A stretch of 64,000 nt of DNA. Origin: Bacillota bacterium (lineage in GTDB: Bacteria > Bacillota > Dethiobacteria > DTU022 > UBA8154). Where the stretch lies: NCBI GenBank assembly GCA_030656575.1, contig JAUSPO010000039.1:8724-72723 (forward strand). The letters run 5' to 3'. Each line of letters starts with the position of its first letter. The stretch's first letter is position 1. The notes below the pieces were generated by a model. The model searched no databases, had not been told where the DNA came from, and worked only from the letters and a program-made list of their open reading frames with translations. The translations under genes were made by a program, and so were the position numbers. Below are positions 48,047-58,116 of the stretch, piece by piece.

Positions 48047-49591
48047 TTAGGTGACAGGCACCGTAAGCTGTTCTTGAAGTATCTTTACTCCTGCATCCAT
48101 TCCCTGAGCCCCTAGAAGAATAAGAGCACTTCCTGGCGCTGCGACCTCAAGTGCCTGTGCCAGGGCATCCTTCAGCTCAGGATAATGACATGGGTATAAG
48201 CCTGAAGAGATAACTCCACTAAAAAAAGCATCTTCCTCTTCGGGAAGGACCTGGTTTCGCTCATCGACATGGCTTATACTCGAGGTGGAAAAAAAGTATT
48301 TAATCTGCAGGTCTTTTACCCATTTGCCCAGGGCTTTACCATTGTCTTCGTTCACTTTTACTCCGCGCCTACCGCGGATTGCGTAAACTAAGACCAATTT
48401 GTTAGGGGAAAGACTCCTGATTGCATTAAAAACAGCATCGATGCTTCCAGAATTCATGGCAGTATCATCAATGACCTGCAGGCCAGCCAGATTATGTATC
48501 TGCATCCTCCGTTCCACTCCCCGGAAGGAAGCCAGGCCATCGGCAACGCTTTCTTTTCTTAGACCTGAAAGCAATGCCCCTGCCGCTGCTGCAGCAGCAT
48601 TTGAAACATTGTGCATACCGGGGAGAGGAATACGCAGTGGGTATGTTTCTTCCAGAGTGAGACTTTCCATTAATTCTCTATTTCTAACTTTTAATAGAAA
48701 AGAGCTTCCCTGTTCTCCCAAAATTGTGTCTTGGATCATGAAATCGCAGGAAGGAAGGGTGCCAAAATAGAAACACTTGCTCTTTGTTGAAAAACTTAGT
48801 TTCTGTAAATACCCGTCATCTTTATTGATCAGCAAAAACCCCTCAGGTTTCACCAGGGATGCAAGTCTTCCTTTTGTGGCGGCATAGTCTTCAATATTCT
48901 TGTGGAAATCAAGATGATTTGGAGAAATGTTTGTAAATATTGCTCCCTGAAAAGTAATGCCATCAACCCTCTTAAGGGCAAGTCCGTGAGAAGATACCTC
49001 CATTGCAGCATGGCTCACTCCGCTTTCAACCATAAGGTGCAGATACCTCTGAAGTTCAAGAGAATCTGGAGTGGTAAGGCGCGACAGCCAGGTTTGACGG
49101 GCACAATGGACTTCTACAGTTCCGATCATACCGGAGATTAGTCCGGCTGTTTCATATATTTCTCTTAACATACTGGTAGTAGTCGTCTTGCCGCATGTTC
49201 CTGTCACGCCGATAAGACTGAAATGCTGAGAGGGTTGGCCGTAAAAATTAGCTGCCATCAGTGAAAGGGCCAGCCTCGAATCAGGGACATGGATCCATAT
49301 GGCAGGAGAAGGTAAATAAGGCTTTTCTTCGGCAACGATGACTGTCGCTCCTCTACCCAGAGCCTCGGGTATGAACCTGTGCCCATCGTGTTTCAGCCCT
49401 TTTACGGCAACGAAAACGTTGCCGGGTTTTATCTGGCCAGAGTTGTAACCGATTCCGCTAACAGAGATATTTTTCCAGTGGTAGAGGGAACTGTATTTAA
49501 GGCCCGCTGTAATGTCTTGCAACTCTAAGGAATGCATCAAGCCACCTCTTTTTCTAAACGCTTTTAGTTTCTCAAAAAAGAGATAGATCAT
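48047..49591 (-). CDS. Mur ligase family protein (MurE-like UDP-MurNAc-tripeptide synthetase fold)
   Basis: N-terminal MurE-type domain (IKPGNVFVAVKGLKHDGHRFIPEA), P-loop GVTGTCGKTTTT, Mur ligase C domain. Confidence 0.65.
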   Translation of the reverse strand: MIYLFFEKLKAFRKRGGLMHSLELQDITAGLKYSSLYHWKNISVSGIGYNSGQIKPGNVFVAVKGLKHDGHRFIPEALGRGATVIVAEEKPYLPSPAIWIHVPDSRLALSLMAANFYGQPSQHFSLIGVTGTCGKTTTTSMLREIYETAGLISGMIGTVEVHCARQTWLSRLTTPDSLELQRYLHLMVESGVSHAAMEVSSHGLALKRVDGITFQGAIFTNISPNHLDFHKNIEDYAATKGRLASLVKPEGFLLINKDDGYLQKLSFSTKSKCFYFGTLPSCDFMIQDTILGEQGSSFLLKVRNRELMESLTLEETYPLRIPLPGMHNVSNAAAAAAGALLSGLRKESVADGLASFRGVERRMQIHNLAGLQVIDDTAMNSGSIDAVFNAIRSLSPNKLVLVYAIRGRRGVKVNEDNGKALGKWVKDLQIKYFFSTSSISHVDERNQVLPEEEDAFFSGVISSGLYPCHYPELKDALAQALEVAAPGSALILLGAQGMDAGVKILQEQLTVPVT

Positions 49592-49874
49592 GAATTGAAA
49601 AATTTACCGCAGACAAAACGGGAAAGCTAATACTACAGCGGGAAACGTCGTTAGACTTGACAAGAAGGTCTAAAGGTGGTTTCATAAGGTTACTTAGAGG
49701 TTAATTTTTCCCTGGAAATACCAGAAGAGGGGGAGACAATTTTGAACAAAAAAATTATAGTAATTTTAGGGATTTTAATACTTGCCGGAGCTATATTTAT
49801 TTATACTGCCGGGTGTTGAATTGCCTATTAAATATTCACCGTAGGTGAAATCGTCTTATAAGCCAGGAGTTGAA

Positions 49875-50672
49875 ATGATGAGAACTGAGGAAATAACCAT
49901 TACAGTGGAAGGTATCGTTTTGAGAGGGAGGGTATATTGGCCCGATCCGAAAACGATCTCTGAGGAAGATAAGGGAAAACCTCTCCTGATCCTCTGTCAC
50001 GGTATCCCCAGAGGGAACCAACCTTCGGGAGAAAGTGAAGAGCATACTTATCAGGAAGACGGGGGTTATCCTGCTCTTGCCGGGCAAAGCTGCGAGGCAG
50101 GACTGCCGTGTTTTCATTTCAATTTTAGGGGAACAGGGGATAGTGAAGGGAACTTTGATCTGCTGGGGTGGACGCGAGATCTTATTGGGGTCCTCGACTA
50201 CTGGGAAAAGCGCGGCTTTGGGAAAAATGGCTTTTATCTTTGGGGATTCAGTGCCGGAGCGGCTGTTTCCTGTCATGTGGCCTCTTCTGACCCTCAGATA
50301 AAAGCAGTTTTATTGGCAGCCTCTCCAGCAGAATTTAAAAGCATTTTTCTTCCCCGGAATCTGGAACAGATCATTTTACGCCTCAGGGGTGCGGGTATTA
50401 TCAGGGATAGTTACTTTCCTGCCGACCCTCACAGGTGGCTTGAAGATATTCATTCTGTCAGCCCCATAAGTATTATTCATAAAATATCACCCAGGCCCCT
50501 GTTGGTGATTCATGGTGATGCTGACGAACTTATTCCCTTTGAACATGCTCATAGACTTTACGAGCAGGCAGGGGATCCTAAACAGCTTTACATAATACCC
50601 GGGGCGGAACATCAACTGCGCAAAAATAAAGAAGCTGTTTTCAAATGCCTCGATTGGCTGAAAAATCTTTAG
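49875..50672 (+). CDS. Alpha/beta hydrolase (dienelactone hydrolase/peptidase S9-like)
   Basis: GFSAG nucleophile elbow. Asp and His late in the sequence (HGDADELIP, EHQL). Confidence 0.65.
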   Translation: MMRTEEITITVEGIVLRGRVYWPDPKTISEEDKGKPLLILCHGIPRGNQPSGESEEHTYQEDGGYPALAGQSCEAGLPCFHFNFRGTGDSEGNFDLLGWTRDLIGVLDYWEKRGFGKNGFYLWGFSAGAAVSCHVASSDPQIKAVLLAASPAEFKSIFLPRNLEQIILRLRGAGIIRDSYFPADPHRWLEDIHSVSPISIIHKISPRPLLVIHGDADELIPFEHAHRLYEQAGDPKQLYIIPGAEHQLRKNKEAVFKCLDWLKNL

Positions 50673-50825
50673 TGTAGCATATACTTTTAAACAGTGTATT
50701 TAACTTATGAATAACATAGAGCAAGAAACATGTTTACATGGTCTTCTAAATTTGCAGTATAGTTTAAGATTTTTTTCGTACTTAAAAGATAGGGAAAAAC
50801 AGTTGTTACAAGGAGGTGGAGGCAG

Positions 50826-51065
50826 ATGAAAATAAAGATTTTAGGCTCGGGGTGCAGAAACTGCGAAAAACTGGAAAAGGAAACCATCAATGCCCTGGCC
50901 GAACTGGATGTGGTTGCTGAGGTTGAGAAAGTATCAGATATGGAGAAGATAATGGAGCATGATATCATGATGACTCCGGCACTAGTGGTAAACGAAAAAG
51001 TTAAAGTATTTGGCCGTGTGCCCAGAAAAGAAGAGATTAAAAAGTGGATCAAGGAAGAATTATAG
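50826..51065 (+). CDS. Thioredoxin-family redox-active disulfide protein (Thioredoxin_3-like)
   Basis: 79 aa, CRNC active-site motif. Paired with the DUF318 permease. Confidence 0.65.
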   Translation: MKIKILGSGCRNCEKLEKETINALAELDVVAEVEKVSDMEKIMEHDIMMTPALVVNEKVKVFGRVPRKEEIKKWIKEEL

Positions 51066-51084
51066 TTATCAGGAGATGGGGAAA

Positions 51085-52260
51085 ATGAAGGAATGGCATA
51101 AGTTAACACTGATTGTGGCTGTCTTTCTATCAGCCTATTTTGTTCCATTTAACAACCCGGTAGTGCAGGTTTCCATTTTGGAAGCTTTTCACATGCTGCA
51201 GGAATATGCCAGAGAGCATGTCCTATACTGCCTGATACCAGCCTTTTTTATCGCGGGAGCCATAGCAAACTTTGTTTCACAGGGTGCGGTGCTGAAGTAT
51301 TTCGGGGGTGGGGCTCCCAAATATCTGGCTTATACGGTAGCCTCTGTTTCCGGGAGCATTTTGGCGGTCTGCTCCTGCACAGTGCTGCCCCTTTTTGCCG
51401 GAATATGGAAAAAGGGCGCAGGCATCGGCCCTGCCACCGCTTTCCTGTATTCCGGTCCAGCCATTAATATTCTGGCCATAATCCTCACTGCGCGGGTTTT
51501 GGGCTGGCAGCTGGGTCTGGCAAGGGCCATCGGGGCTGTGCTATTTGCCATCGTGATCGGGCTGATCATGGCTTTTATCTACCGGCGGGAGGATGAAGAA
51601 AAGGTTAAAGCCTCAATGGGACAGATGGTTGACCAGGAAGAAAGGCGCAGCCCGACACAAAACCTGATATATTTCGTAGTATTGGTTCTGATCCTCGTTT
51701 TTGCGGCTTGGGGAAGGCCGCAGGAGGCGACTGGTTTCTGGAATTTTGTCTTCGGAATAAAGTGGTACGTGGTTATTATCCTGCTGGGGATACTGGCTTT
51801 TATGCTGGCACGCTGGTTTGAAAGCTATGAACGCACTTCCTGGGTGGAATCGACCTGGAATTTTGCTCAGCAGATCCTGCCCCTCCTTTTTGGCGGAGTC
51901 CTGGTGGCCGGTTTGCTCATGGGGCGTCCCGGAGTTGATGCAGGTCTTATTCCATCTCACATTATTGAGACAGCAGTGGGGGGTAACTCCCTGCAGGCCA
52001 ATCTTTTGGCCTCAGTTGTAGGCGCATTCATGTACTTTGCCACCCTCACCGAAATTCCCATCATGCAGGGGCTTCTCGGCCTTGGAATGGGGCAGGGGCC
52101 AGCCCTGGCACTGCTTTTAGCAGGTCCGGCTTTAAGCCTGCCCAACATGCTGGTTATCCGCAGTATACTGGGAACTCAAAAGACACTGGTTTTTGTTGTT
52201 CTGGTTGTGATCATGGCTACCTTATCGGGAATGCTTTACGGCGCATTATTCCCGGGATAG
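51085..52260 (+). CDS. DUF318/ArsP-like permease
   Basis: About 390 aa multi-TM protein with conserved CSC motif (AVCSCTVLP). Canonical partner of the small thioredoxin-like protein. Confidence 0.65.
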   Translation: MKEWHKLTLIVAVFLSAYFVPFNNPVVQVSILEAFHMLQEYAREHVLYCLIPAFFIAGAIANFVSQGAVLKYFGGGAPKYLAYTVASVSGSILAVCSCTVLPLFAGIWKKGAGIGPATAFLYSGPAINILAIILTARVLGWQLGLARAIGAVLFAIVIGLIMAFIYRREDEEKVKASMGQMVDQEERRSPTQNLIYFVVLVLILVFAAWGRPQEATGFWNFVFGIKWYVVIILLGILAFMLARWFESYERTSWVESTWNFAQQILPLLFGGVLVAGLLMGRPGVDAGLIPSHIIETAVGGNSLQANLLASVVGAFMYFATLTEIPIMQGLLGLGMGQGPALALLLAGPALSLPNMLVIRSILGTQKTLVFVVLVVIMATLSGMLYGALFPG

Positions 52261-52323
52261 AATAAATAAGAATAAAATAAACAGTCTGCAGTGAACTCGC
52301 TTCAACAGGCTGAAACATCGGGG

Positions 52324-52353
52324 AATCAGGTGGAGAGTCTACTCCACCTGATT
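52324..52353. repeat. Palindromic hairpin AATCAGGTGGAGAGTCTACTCCACCTGATT (copy 2 of the GGTGGAGAGYCTACTCCACC motif)
   Basis: 12-bp perfect stem with 6-nt loop. Same core as 2747-2766. Lies after the permease gene end. Confidence 0.5.
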
Positions 52354-52521
52354 GAAAAATCCACATACGCTACGCTTAGAGGTGGGTCTTAACCAAAAAA
52401 ATCAGGATAAAACTCAAGCCAGCTATGAAATAAGCTCCATAGGCTGGCTTTTTAGTTTAAAGAAATTGGTTTTGGCAGTTATACTCAAACAACGGTAGAC
52501 TGCCTTGTTTCTCCATGCTGT

Positions 52522-52989
52522 TTACTGAGGATTGTACATGCCGCTGTTTTTCATATAGTTAAAGATCTCTTCTCCATGCTGCTGTTCTTCCTTCTGGATA
52601 TGATTTAGTACCTGGCGAACGTTGGCATCCTGGCTTTCAAAGATGGCCGTATCGTAGGTTCCTGAGACGTATTTTTCCGTCATAAGCATATCATTCAGGA
52701 GTCCTGCATCATGGGAGTTATTAGAGCCCTGCAGAGCCGACGACATCGTCTGCTGTCCCTGCTGTGCCTGCCCTTGGAGTTGGGGAACCTGCCCTGACAG
52801 GAGTTGGTTAATACTGTTCAAGTGCTGCTGTTCTTTTTGTGAAAGACTGTTAAAGAGTTGTTTCAGCTGTGGATCCTGGGCTGATTGAGCATAACTTTTG
52901 TATTTTTGAACACAGACCTCTTCGTGTTTTTTTTGGTCTTGAAAAAGCATTTTTTCCTTTTGAGTTGGGCTAAAGTTCATAAAAAGCAT
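52522..52989 (-). CDS. cotF: Spore coat protein F-like (Coat_F domain)
   Basis: Gln-rich 155-aa protein with Coat_F-like helical repeats. Confidence 0.5.
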   Translation of the reverse strand: MLFMNFSPTQKEKMLFQDQKKHEEVCVQKYKSYAQSAQDPQLKQLFNSLSQKEQQHLNSINQLLSGQVPQLQGQAQQGQQTMSSALQGSNNSHDAGLLNDMLMTEKYVSGTYDTAIFESQDANVRQVLNHIQKEEQQHGEEIFNYMKNSGMYNPQ

Positions 52990-53168
52990 CCCTTCCTTTG
53001 TTATAGTCTTTTTTTATTTTATCTAATAGGAATGTTTTTATGCACTGTAGGGAAAAAGAGATAGAATGTCGGAGATAACAAAAGGGCAAAAAAACGGAGG
53101 GATGTTCATCACTCCAGTTATTTGCTGGTCTTACCAATGGAACATGAAAAGCCTTTTTTGGTGTTTAG

Positions 53169-53615
53169 TTATTTTAATCTTTTTAAAATCAATTCATCAT
53201 GCTTGGCTACTTCAACTTCTATGCGGTCTAGTTTCTGTGAAGTTTGTATGTACCCGTCAAAAAGAGCAGCTAATTTCTGCCCGTGTTGATTTTCGATTTT
53301 GATAACAATATCTTTAATAAACTTAACGTCCGTTTTAACATCCGACAATTCAGTTTTAACGCTGGCTACTTCCGTTTTAACACCTGATAATTCAGTTTTA
53401 ACGCTGGCTACTTCCGTTTTAACACCTGATAATTCAGTTTTAACGTTAGCTACTTCCGTTTTAACACCTGATAATTCAGTTTTCATGCTAGCTACTTCCG
53501 TTTTAACACCTGACAATTCAGTTTTAATATCTGCAAATTCAATTTTTGTGACCATGTTGGTTTCCATACCAGCGATTTTTTGCAGTATCGTTTCTAATAG
53601 TTCCCTATCTTTCAT
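53169..53615 (-). CDS. Coiled-coil repeat protein with five tandem 14-aa repeats (TELSGVKTEVASVK)
   Basis: Encoded by 42-bp tandem DNA repeats at 53331-53540 with near-identical central copies. Confidence 0.55.
   Translation of the reverse strand: MKDRELLETILQKIAGMETNMVTKIEFADIKTELSGVKTEVASMKTELSGVKTEVANVKTELSGVKTEVASVKTELSGVKTEVASVKTELSDVKTDVKFIKDIVIKIENQHGQKLAALFDGYIQTSQKLDRIEVEVAKHDELILKRLK
53331..53540. repeat. 42-bp tandem repeat x5 (CGTTTTAACACCTGATAATTCAGTTTTAACGCTGGCTACTTC) inside the 53169..53615 CDS
   Basis: Copies 2 and 3 differ by 1-2 nt. Confidence 0.8.
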
Positions 53616-53869
53616 CTTAGTTACTCCCTTTTGGTATTATGTTGGTTTCTCCGGGTTAGTAATTAAGCAAGTTCAGTTTGTTAAAATTTAACTATACATC
53701 TTTCCTTTTCAACCATATTAAGCATATTTTAACATATCCTGAGAAATAGTAATAGTATATAAAAAATTAAAATAATTAAGGCATATCTATACTCCGTCCA
53801 TAACAGCCTGGTCTTTGATGAAGATTGCTGTCAGAAATGGGGAGCCGAAAAAAATAGTGATGATTGGAA

Positions 53870-55048
53870 CTATATATACTTCCTGAGGACATCCAAATGG
53901 GACAATTCTTGTTCCACCGGAATGCGTATTATCTGGCGGGGGTGGGGGGCAGCTGATATTTCTGTTCCGTTTTCATCGTACAGCCGGTTTACCTGGAAAC
54001 TATAAGGGCCCTTTTTCGGACCAAAGACTTCCAGCATATCTCCTTTAAAAAAACGATTGCGCTGTTCAACGATCGCCATTCCCGTTTCTTTTTCAAAGCC
54101 CAGAACAAGCCCGGTCATGACGCAATCCCCCAGGTAACTGCGTTTATCATCCGGGTCAACCTGCTCAGGCCGGCCAAAATAGAAACCAGTATGGTAAGAA
54201 CGGTGGCTGACTTTTCGCAGCTCGGCTTCCCAGGACGGGTCAAATTCATACCCTTTAGGATCTGAAATATAGCGGTCTAACGCTTCACGGTAAACCCGTG
54301 TCACAGTAGCCACATAGTGAATACTTTTCATCCGGCCTTCAATCTTAAGGCCATTAACACCGGACTGAATCATCTCGGGAATGTGACGGATCATACAGAG
54401 GTCCCGTGAGCTTAGAATAAAACTGCCTTCCTTTCCCTCTGACAAAACAAGGGGGTCATGAGGACGGTTTTCTTCGAACAGTTCATAACTCCACCGGCAT
54501 GGCTGGGTACATTCTCCACGGTTTGCTCCACGGCCCGTAAAATAAGCACTAAGGAGGCACCTTCCTGAATAGGCCACACACATGGCTCCATGAATAAATA
54601 CTTCCAGCTCTATGTCAACTTTGTCCCGTATTTCCCGGACTTCTTCCAGGGACAATTCCCGGGAGAGGTTAACTCTTTTTACACCTAAGTCAAACCAAAA
54701 TTTAGCGCTGCGCCAGTTTGTCACTGCAGCCTGCGTGCTCAGGTGAACAGGGATGTGGGGCACAGTTCGTTTGGCAAGCTCCCATAATCCCGCATCGGCT
54801 ATGATTAGAGCATCCGGCCCTAACTTTTCAATATCTTTAAATTTTATGCCGGCATCTTCGAGATGGCGGTTATGAGCGATAATGTTTAATGTTAAATATA
54901 CTTTTACCCCGGAATCATGGGCCAGCTCGATTCCTTTACTTAGCTCTTCGGCAGAAAATCCGGGGGCATAAGCTCTCAGGTCGAGTCCCGCTCCCCCCAT
55001 GTAAACAGCATCGGCACCATATTTAACAGCTGCCCTTAAACGTTCCAA
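53870..55048 (-). CDS. Peptidase U32 family protein (YhbU/RlhA/UbiU-like); 5' end uncertain (TTG start or upstream frameshift)
   Basis: U32 core (GADAVYMGG, E..C). The conserved N-terminal PELVVPAGDLE is encoded upstream of the annotated TTG with no in-frame ATG/GTG. An ATG in the +1 frame (55099-55101) gives MIYQEDKP. Confidence 0.65.
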   Translation of the reverse strand: MERLRAAVKYGADAVYMGGAGLDLRAYAPGFSAEELSKGIELAHDSGVKVYLTLNIIAHNRHLEDAGIKFKDIEKLGPDALIIADAGLWELAKRTVPHIPVHLSTQAAVTNWRSAKFWFDLGVKRVNLSRELSLEEVREIRDKVDIELEVFIHGAMCVAYSGRCLLSAYFTGRGANRGECTQPCRWSYELFEENRPHDPLVLSEGKEGSFILSSRDLCMIRHIPEMIQSGVNGLKIEGRMKSIHYVATVTRVYREALDRYISDPKGYEFDPSWEAELRKVSHRSYHTGFYFGRPEQVDPDDKRSYLGDCVMTGLVLGFEKETGMAIVEQRNRFFKGDMLEVFGPKKGPYSFQVNRLYDENGTEISAAPHPRQIIRIPVEQELSHLDVLRKYI

Positions 55049-55288
55049 ATCACCTGCCGGGACAACCAGTTCCGGGATGGTTTGTCTTCTTGATAGATCA
55101 TCTCTGTTTATTATGTAATTTACCCCGTTCCTATAGATTATGACTCTATTTAAAAAGAAATTATATCACAGCCAGGGTGGAATAACAAAAAACAAATTGG
55201 AAAATATTATAATCAAAAATAAGTTTGAAATAAGTTTGAAATAAAAATTATATTGATTTTATTGGTTCTTTGCTTTATTATTATTTAG

Positions 55289-55678
55289 ATGAACAATAAA
55301 AAAGCAAAAGAACTTAGGGGATACGAAGTGCCTTATTCCAGGGGACAAATGGAAGATGAAGTAACCAAGGCAATGATTCAGTGGGAAAAGGAATATATGG
55401 GACGGGGGCCTATTGAAGCGAGAACGGATATTGTACGCAATATGATTATTGTTACCTTAAAAGGGATCCTTTCTCAGGCAGAAAAGCATCTGGCTAACAA
55501 CAGCGAAGGAATGATTCTGATCAAAAGATTGCGGGAGCAATTAGTTGAGCAGAGGCGTTCTGAACTGGAAGAAATAATCTTCAGGGTAACTTCAACAAAG
55601 GTGATCAGCTTGCATACAGATTTAAGTACCCGGACGGGGGAAAGAATTTTTGTTTTTGTGACTGAAAAAGAAATTTAA
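55289..55678 (+). CDS. DUF2294-family protein
   Basis: EVTKAMIQWEKEYMGRGP...ISLHTDLSTRTGERIFVF, the typical DUF2294 signature. Confidence 0.55.
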   Translation: MNNKKAKELRGYEVPYSRGQMEDEVTKAMIQWEKEYMGRGPIEARTDIVRNMIIVTLKGILSQAEKHLANNSEGMILIKRLREQLVEQRRSELEEIIFRVTSTKVISLHTDLSTRTGERIFVFVTEKEI

Positions 55679-55730
55679 GAGTCGTAAGGTTGGAAGTCAA
55701 TTAAAGGGTAAATTGATCAGTTAATCTGAA

Positions 55731-55780
55731 ATCCAACACCAAATGATGTAAAGCATCATCGGTGTTGGATTTTTTTTTTG
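55731..55780 (+). terminator. Strong rho-independent terminator (16-bp stem + T10)
   Basis: ATCCAACACCAAATGATG...CATCATCGGTGTTGGAT followed by TTTTTTTTTT. Confidence 0.8.
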
Positions 55781-55811
55781 GAGATAAAGAATAAAGGAGG
55801 AAGCAACGTAT

Positions 55812-56339
55812 ATGGTGGATTATGAACTAAAAAACCGCATTATAATGAAAGAAATCTTCTCATCTTTCAGGGGAACAGAGAACGAGCTTATTCCAATTTT
55901 ACAACATGTGCAGGAGCATTTCGGGTACCTGCCGGAGAGCGCTATGCTTGAAGTCGCCAGGTTTATATCCGTGTCCGAGAGCAAAGTTTATGCTACAGCC
56001 TCGTTTTACAGTCAGTTCAGATTTAAAGCCACAGGTAAAAAACATATTACCGTGTGTCAGGGGACAGCATGTCATGTCCGGGGAGCCGGGAAAATCCAGG
56101 ACACCCTTGAACGGCAGCTGGGCATAAAAGAGGGTGAAACAACCGCCGACCAGGAATACAGCCTGGAAGCTGTTGCCTGTATTGGATGTTGTGCCCTTGC
56201 ACCCTGTATAGCCGTTAACAATGAAACTATCTATGGCCGGCTGACTCCACAAAAAGTGAAAGTTGTTCATGAACCGATTAGAGGGGAGAGAAAAAATGGC
56301 CAAAAGAACCATTCTGGTCAGCCAGGGAACATGCTGTAA
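55812..56339 (+). CDS. NuoE-like [2Fe-2S] subunit of NAD(P)-dependent formate dehydrogenase (FdsG/HndA-like)
   Basis: Thioredoxin-like [2Fe-2S] motif (CxxxxC...CxxxC: CQGTACHVRG...CIGCCALAPC). Confidence 0.75.
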   Translation: MVDYELKNRIIMKEIFSSFRGTENELIPILQHVQEHFGYLPESAMLEVARFISVSESKVYATASFYSQFRFKATGKKHITVCQGTACHVRGAGKIQDTLERQLGIKEGETTADQEYSLEAVACIGCCALAPCIAVNNETIYGRLTPQKVKVVHEPIRGERKNGQKNHSGQPGNML

Positions 56340-58089
56340 ATCAGCAGGGGCGGAGCAGGTATATACTGCCCTGAAAAAAGAAGCAGTTAAGTGGGGCCTG
56401 GAAGATGAAGTAGAGTTTAAACAACCGGGCTGCCATGGCTTTAGTCAAATAGATCCGGCAGTGATTATTGAGCCGGATGGTCTTTTGTTCGCTGGTGTTA
56501 AAGAAGAAAATGCATCGGAAATTATGCAATCCCTTTTACCAGGGAGAAGGCCGCCGGAACACCTTTTTTACACGGAACCTCACAGCAGTAATACAATTCC
56601 TTATAAACAGAAAATCCCTTTTTTCAGCAGGCAGCAGAGATTTATACTTCACAATTGCGGCACTATCGATCCCGGCAGCATTGAGGATTACGTAAAAGGC
56701 GGAGGTTATGAGGCCTTACACAAGGCAGTGTATGAGATGACCCCTCTTCAGGTAATTGCCGAAATAGAGGATTCCGGCTTAAGAGGCCTCGGAGGTGGCG
56801 GGTTCCTTGCAGGAAATAAATGGAGATTATGTTACCAGTCCCCAGGTGATCAAAAGTATCTTATTTGTAACGCGGATGAGGGAGATCCGGGTTCATTTCA
56901 GGACCGTTCCCTTTTGGAGGGAGATCCTCATGCGGTTTTAGAAGGAATGCTGATTGCAGGTTATGCAGTTGGGGCCACAAAAGGATATATCTATGTACGT
57001 GCAGAATACCCCCTGGCTATAAAAAGGCTGCAGATCGCTTTACAACAGGCCAGGGAACAGGAATTGGTGGGAAAGAACATCCTGGGGAGTGATTTTTCGT
57101 TTGAAATGGAAATCTTTCAAGGCGCCGGTGCTTTTGTTTGCGGTGAAGAGACTGCCCTCCTGCAGTCCCTTGGAGGAAAAAGGGGTATGCCTTATCCCCG
57201 GCCTCCCTACCCGGTTGTTTCAGGACTTCACGGCCAACCAACTCTTATTAATAATGTAAAAACTCTGGCCAGTATACGCTGGATTATTAATAATGGTGCA
57301 GGCTGGTTTAGGGCAAAAGGAACGGAAAAGAGTAAAGGTACTGTTGTTTTTTCCTTATCGGGCAAGGTAGTTAACTGCGGCCTCGTGGAAGTGCCTATGG
57401 GTATTTCCCTGCGGGAGATCATCTTTGGTATTGGCGGTGGAATTCCGGGTGAAAAGGCTTTTAAGGCAGTGCAAACCGGGGGGCCTTCGGGCGGCTGTTT
57501 ACCGGCAGATCTGCTGGATACCGCTGTTGATTTTGATACGCTCAGGGATGCCGGTTCTATCATGGGCTCCGGGGGTATGGTGGTTATGGATGAAGATACC
57601 TGCATGGTTGACACTGCCCGCTTTTTTCTTGCATTTAGTTTAAAGGAGTTATGCGGCCAGTGTACTACCTGCCGGTTAGGGACAAGGCAGATGCTTGAGA
57701 TATTAAACAGGATTACCAGGGGAGAGGGCAGGCCTTCTGATCTTGATCTGCTTATACAGTTGGGTGAGGTGGTCGCACAGGGATCTCTTTGTGGGCTGGG
57801 CAGGACTGTCCCCAATCCGGTTCTTACGACTTTGCGCTATTTCAGGGATGAGTACGAAGCGCATATTAACGAAAAACGATGCCCTGCCCGTGTCTGTAAA
57901 GATTTAATAACCTACCGTATTGATCACGAAAAATGTAAAGCCTGTTCCCTATGTCTTAAGGCCTGCCCCACCGCAGCCATTAAAGGCAACAAAAAACAGG
58001 CATATTTAATAGAACAGGACAGGTGTGTGAGGTGTGGAACATGCCTGGACCTTTGTGCAGATCGTTTTGGAGCCATAGAATGTATTTAA
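56296..58089 (+). CDS. NuoF-like NAD(P)H-binding FMN/[4Fe-4S] subunit (FdsB/HndC-like) with N-terminal [2Fe-2S] thioredoxin-like module and C-terminal 2x[4Fe-4S] ferredoxin
   Basis: SQGTCC motif, NuoF glycine-rich NADH/FMN motifs (GLRGLGGGGF, GAGAFVCGEETAL), C-terminal CxxCxxCxxxCP x2. Confidence 0.8.
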   Translation: MAKRTILVSQGTCCKSAGAEQVYTALKKEAVKWGLEDEVEFKQPGCHGFSQIDPAVIIEPDGLLFAGVKEENASEIMQSLLPGRRPPEHLFYTEPHSSNTIPYKQKIPFFSRQQRFILHNCGTIDPGSIEDYVKGGGYEALHKAVYEMTPLQVIAEIEDSGLRGLGGGGFLAGNKWRLCYQSPGDQKYLICNADEGDPGSFQDRSLLEGDPHAVLEGMLIAGYAVGATKGYIYVRAEYPLAIKRLQIALQQAREQELVGKNILGSDFSFEMEIFQGAGAFVCGEETALLQSLGGKRGMPYPRPPYPVVSGLHGQPTLINNVKTLASIRWIINNGAGWFRAKGTEKSKGTVVFSLSGKVVNCGLVEVPMGISLREIIFGIGGGIPGEKAFKAVQTGGPSGGCLPADLLDTAVDFDTLRDAGSIMGSGGMVVMDEDTCMVDTARFFLAFSLKELCGQCTTCRLGTRQMLEILNRITRGEGRPSDLDLLIQLGEVVAQGSLCGLGRTVPNPVLTTLRYFRDEYEAHINEKRCPARVCKDLITYRIDHEKCKACSLCLKACPTAAIKGNKKQAYLIEQDRCVRCGTCLDLCADRFGAIECI

Positions 58090-58116
58090 CCAAGGACCAA
58101 AGGAGGCTTTGCAGCA

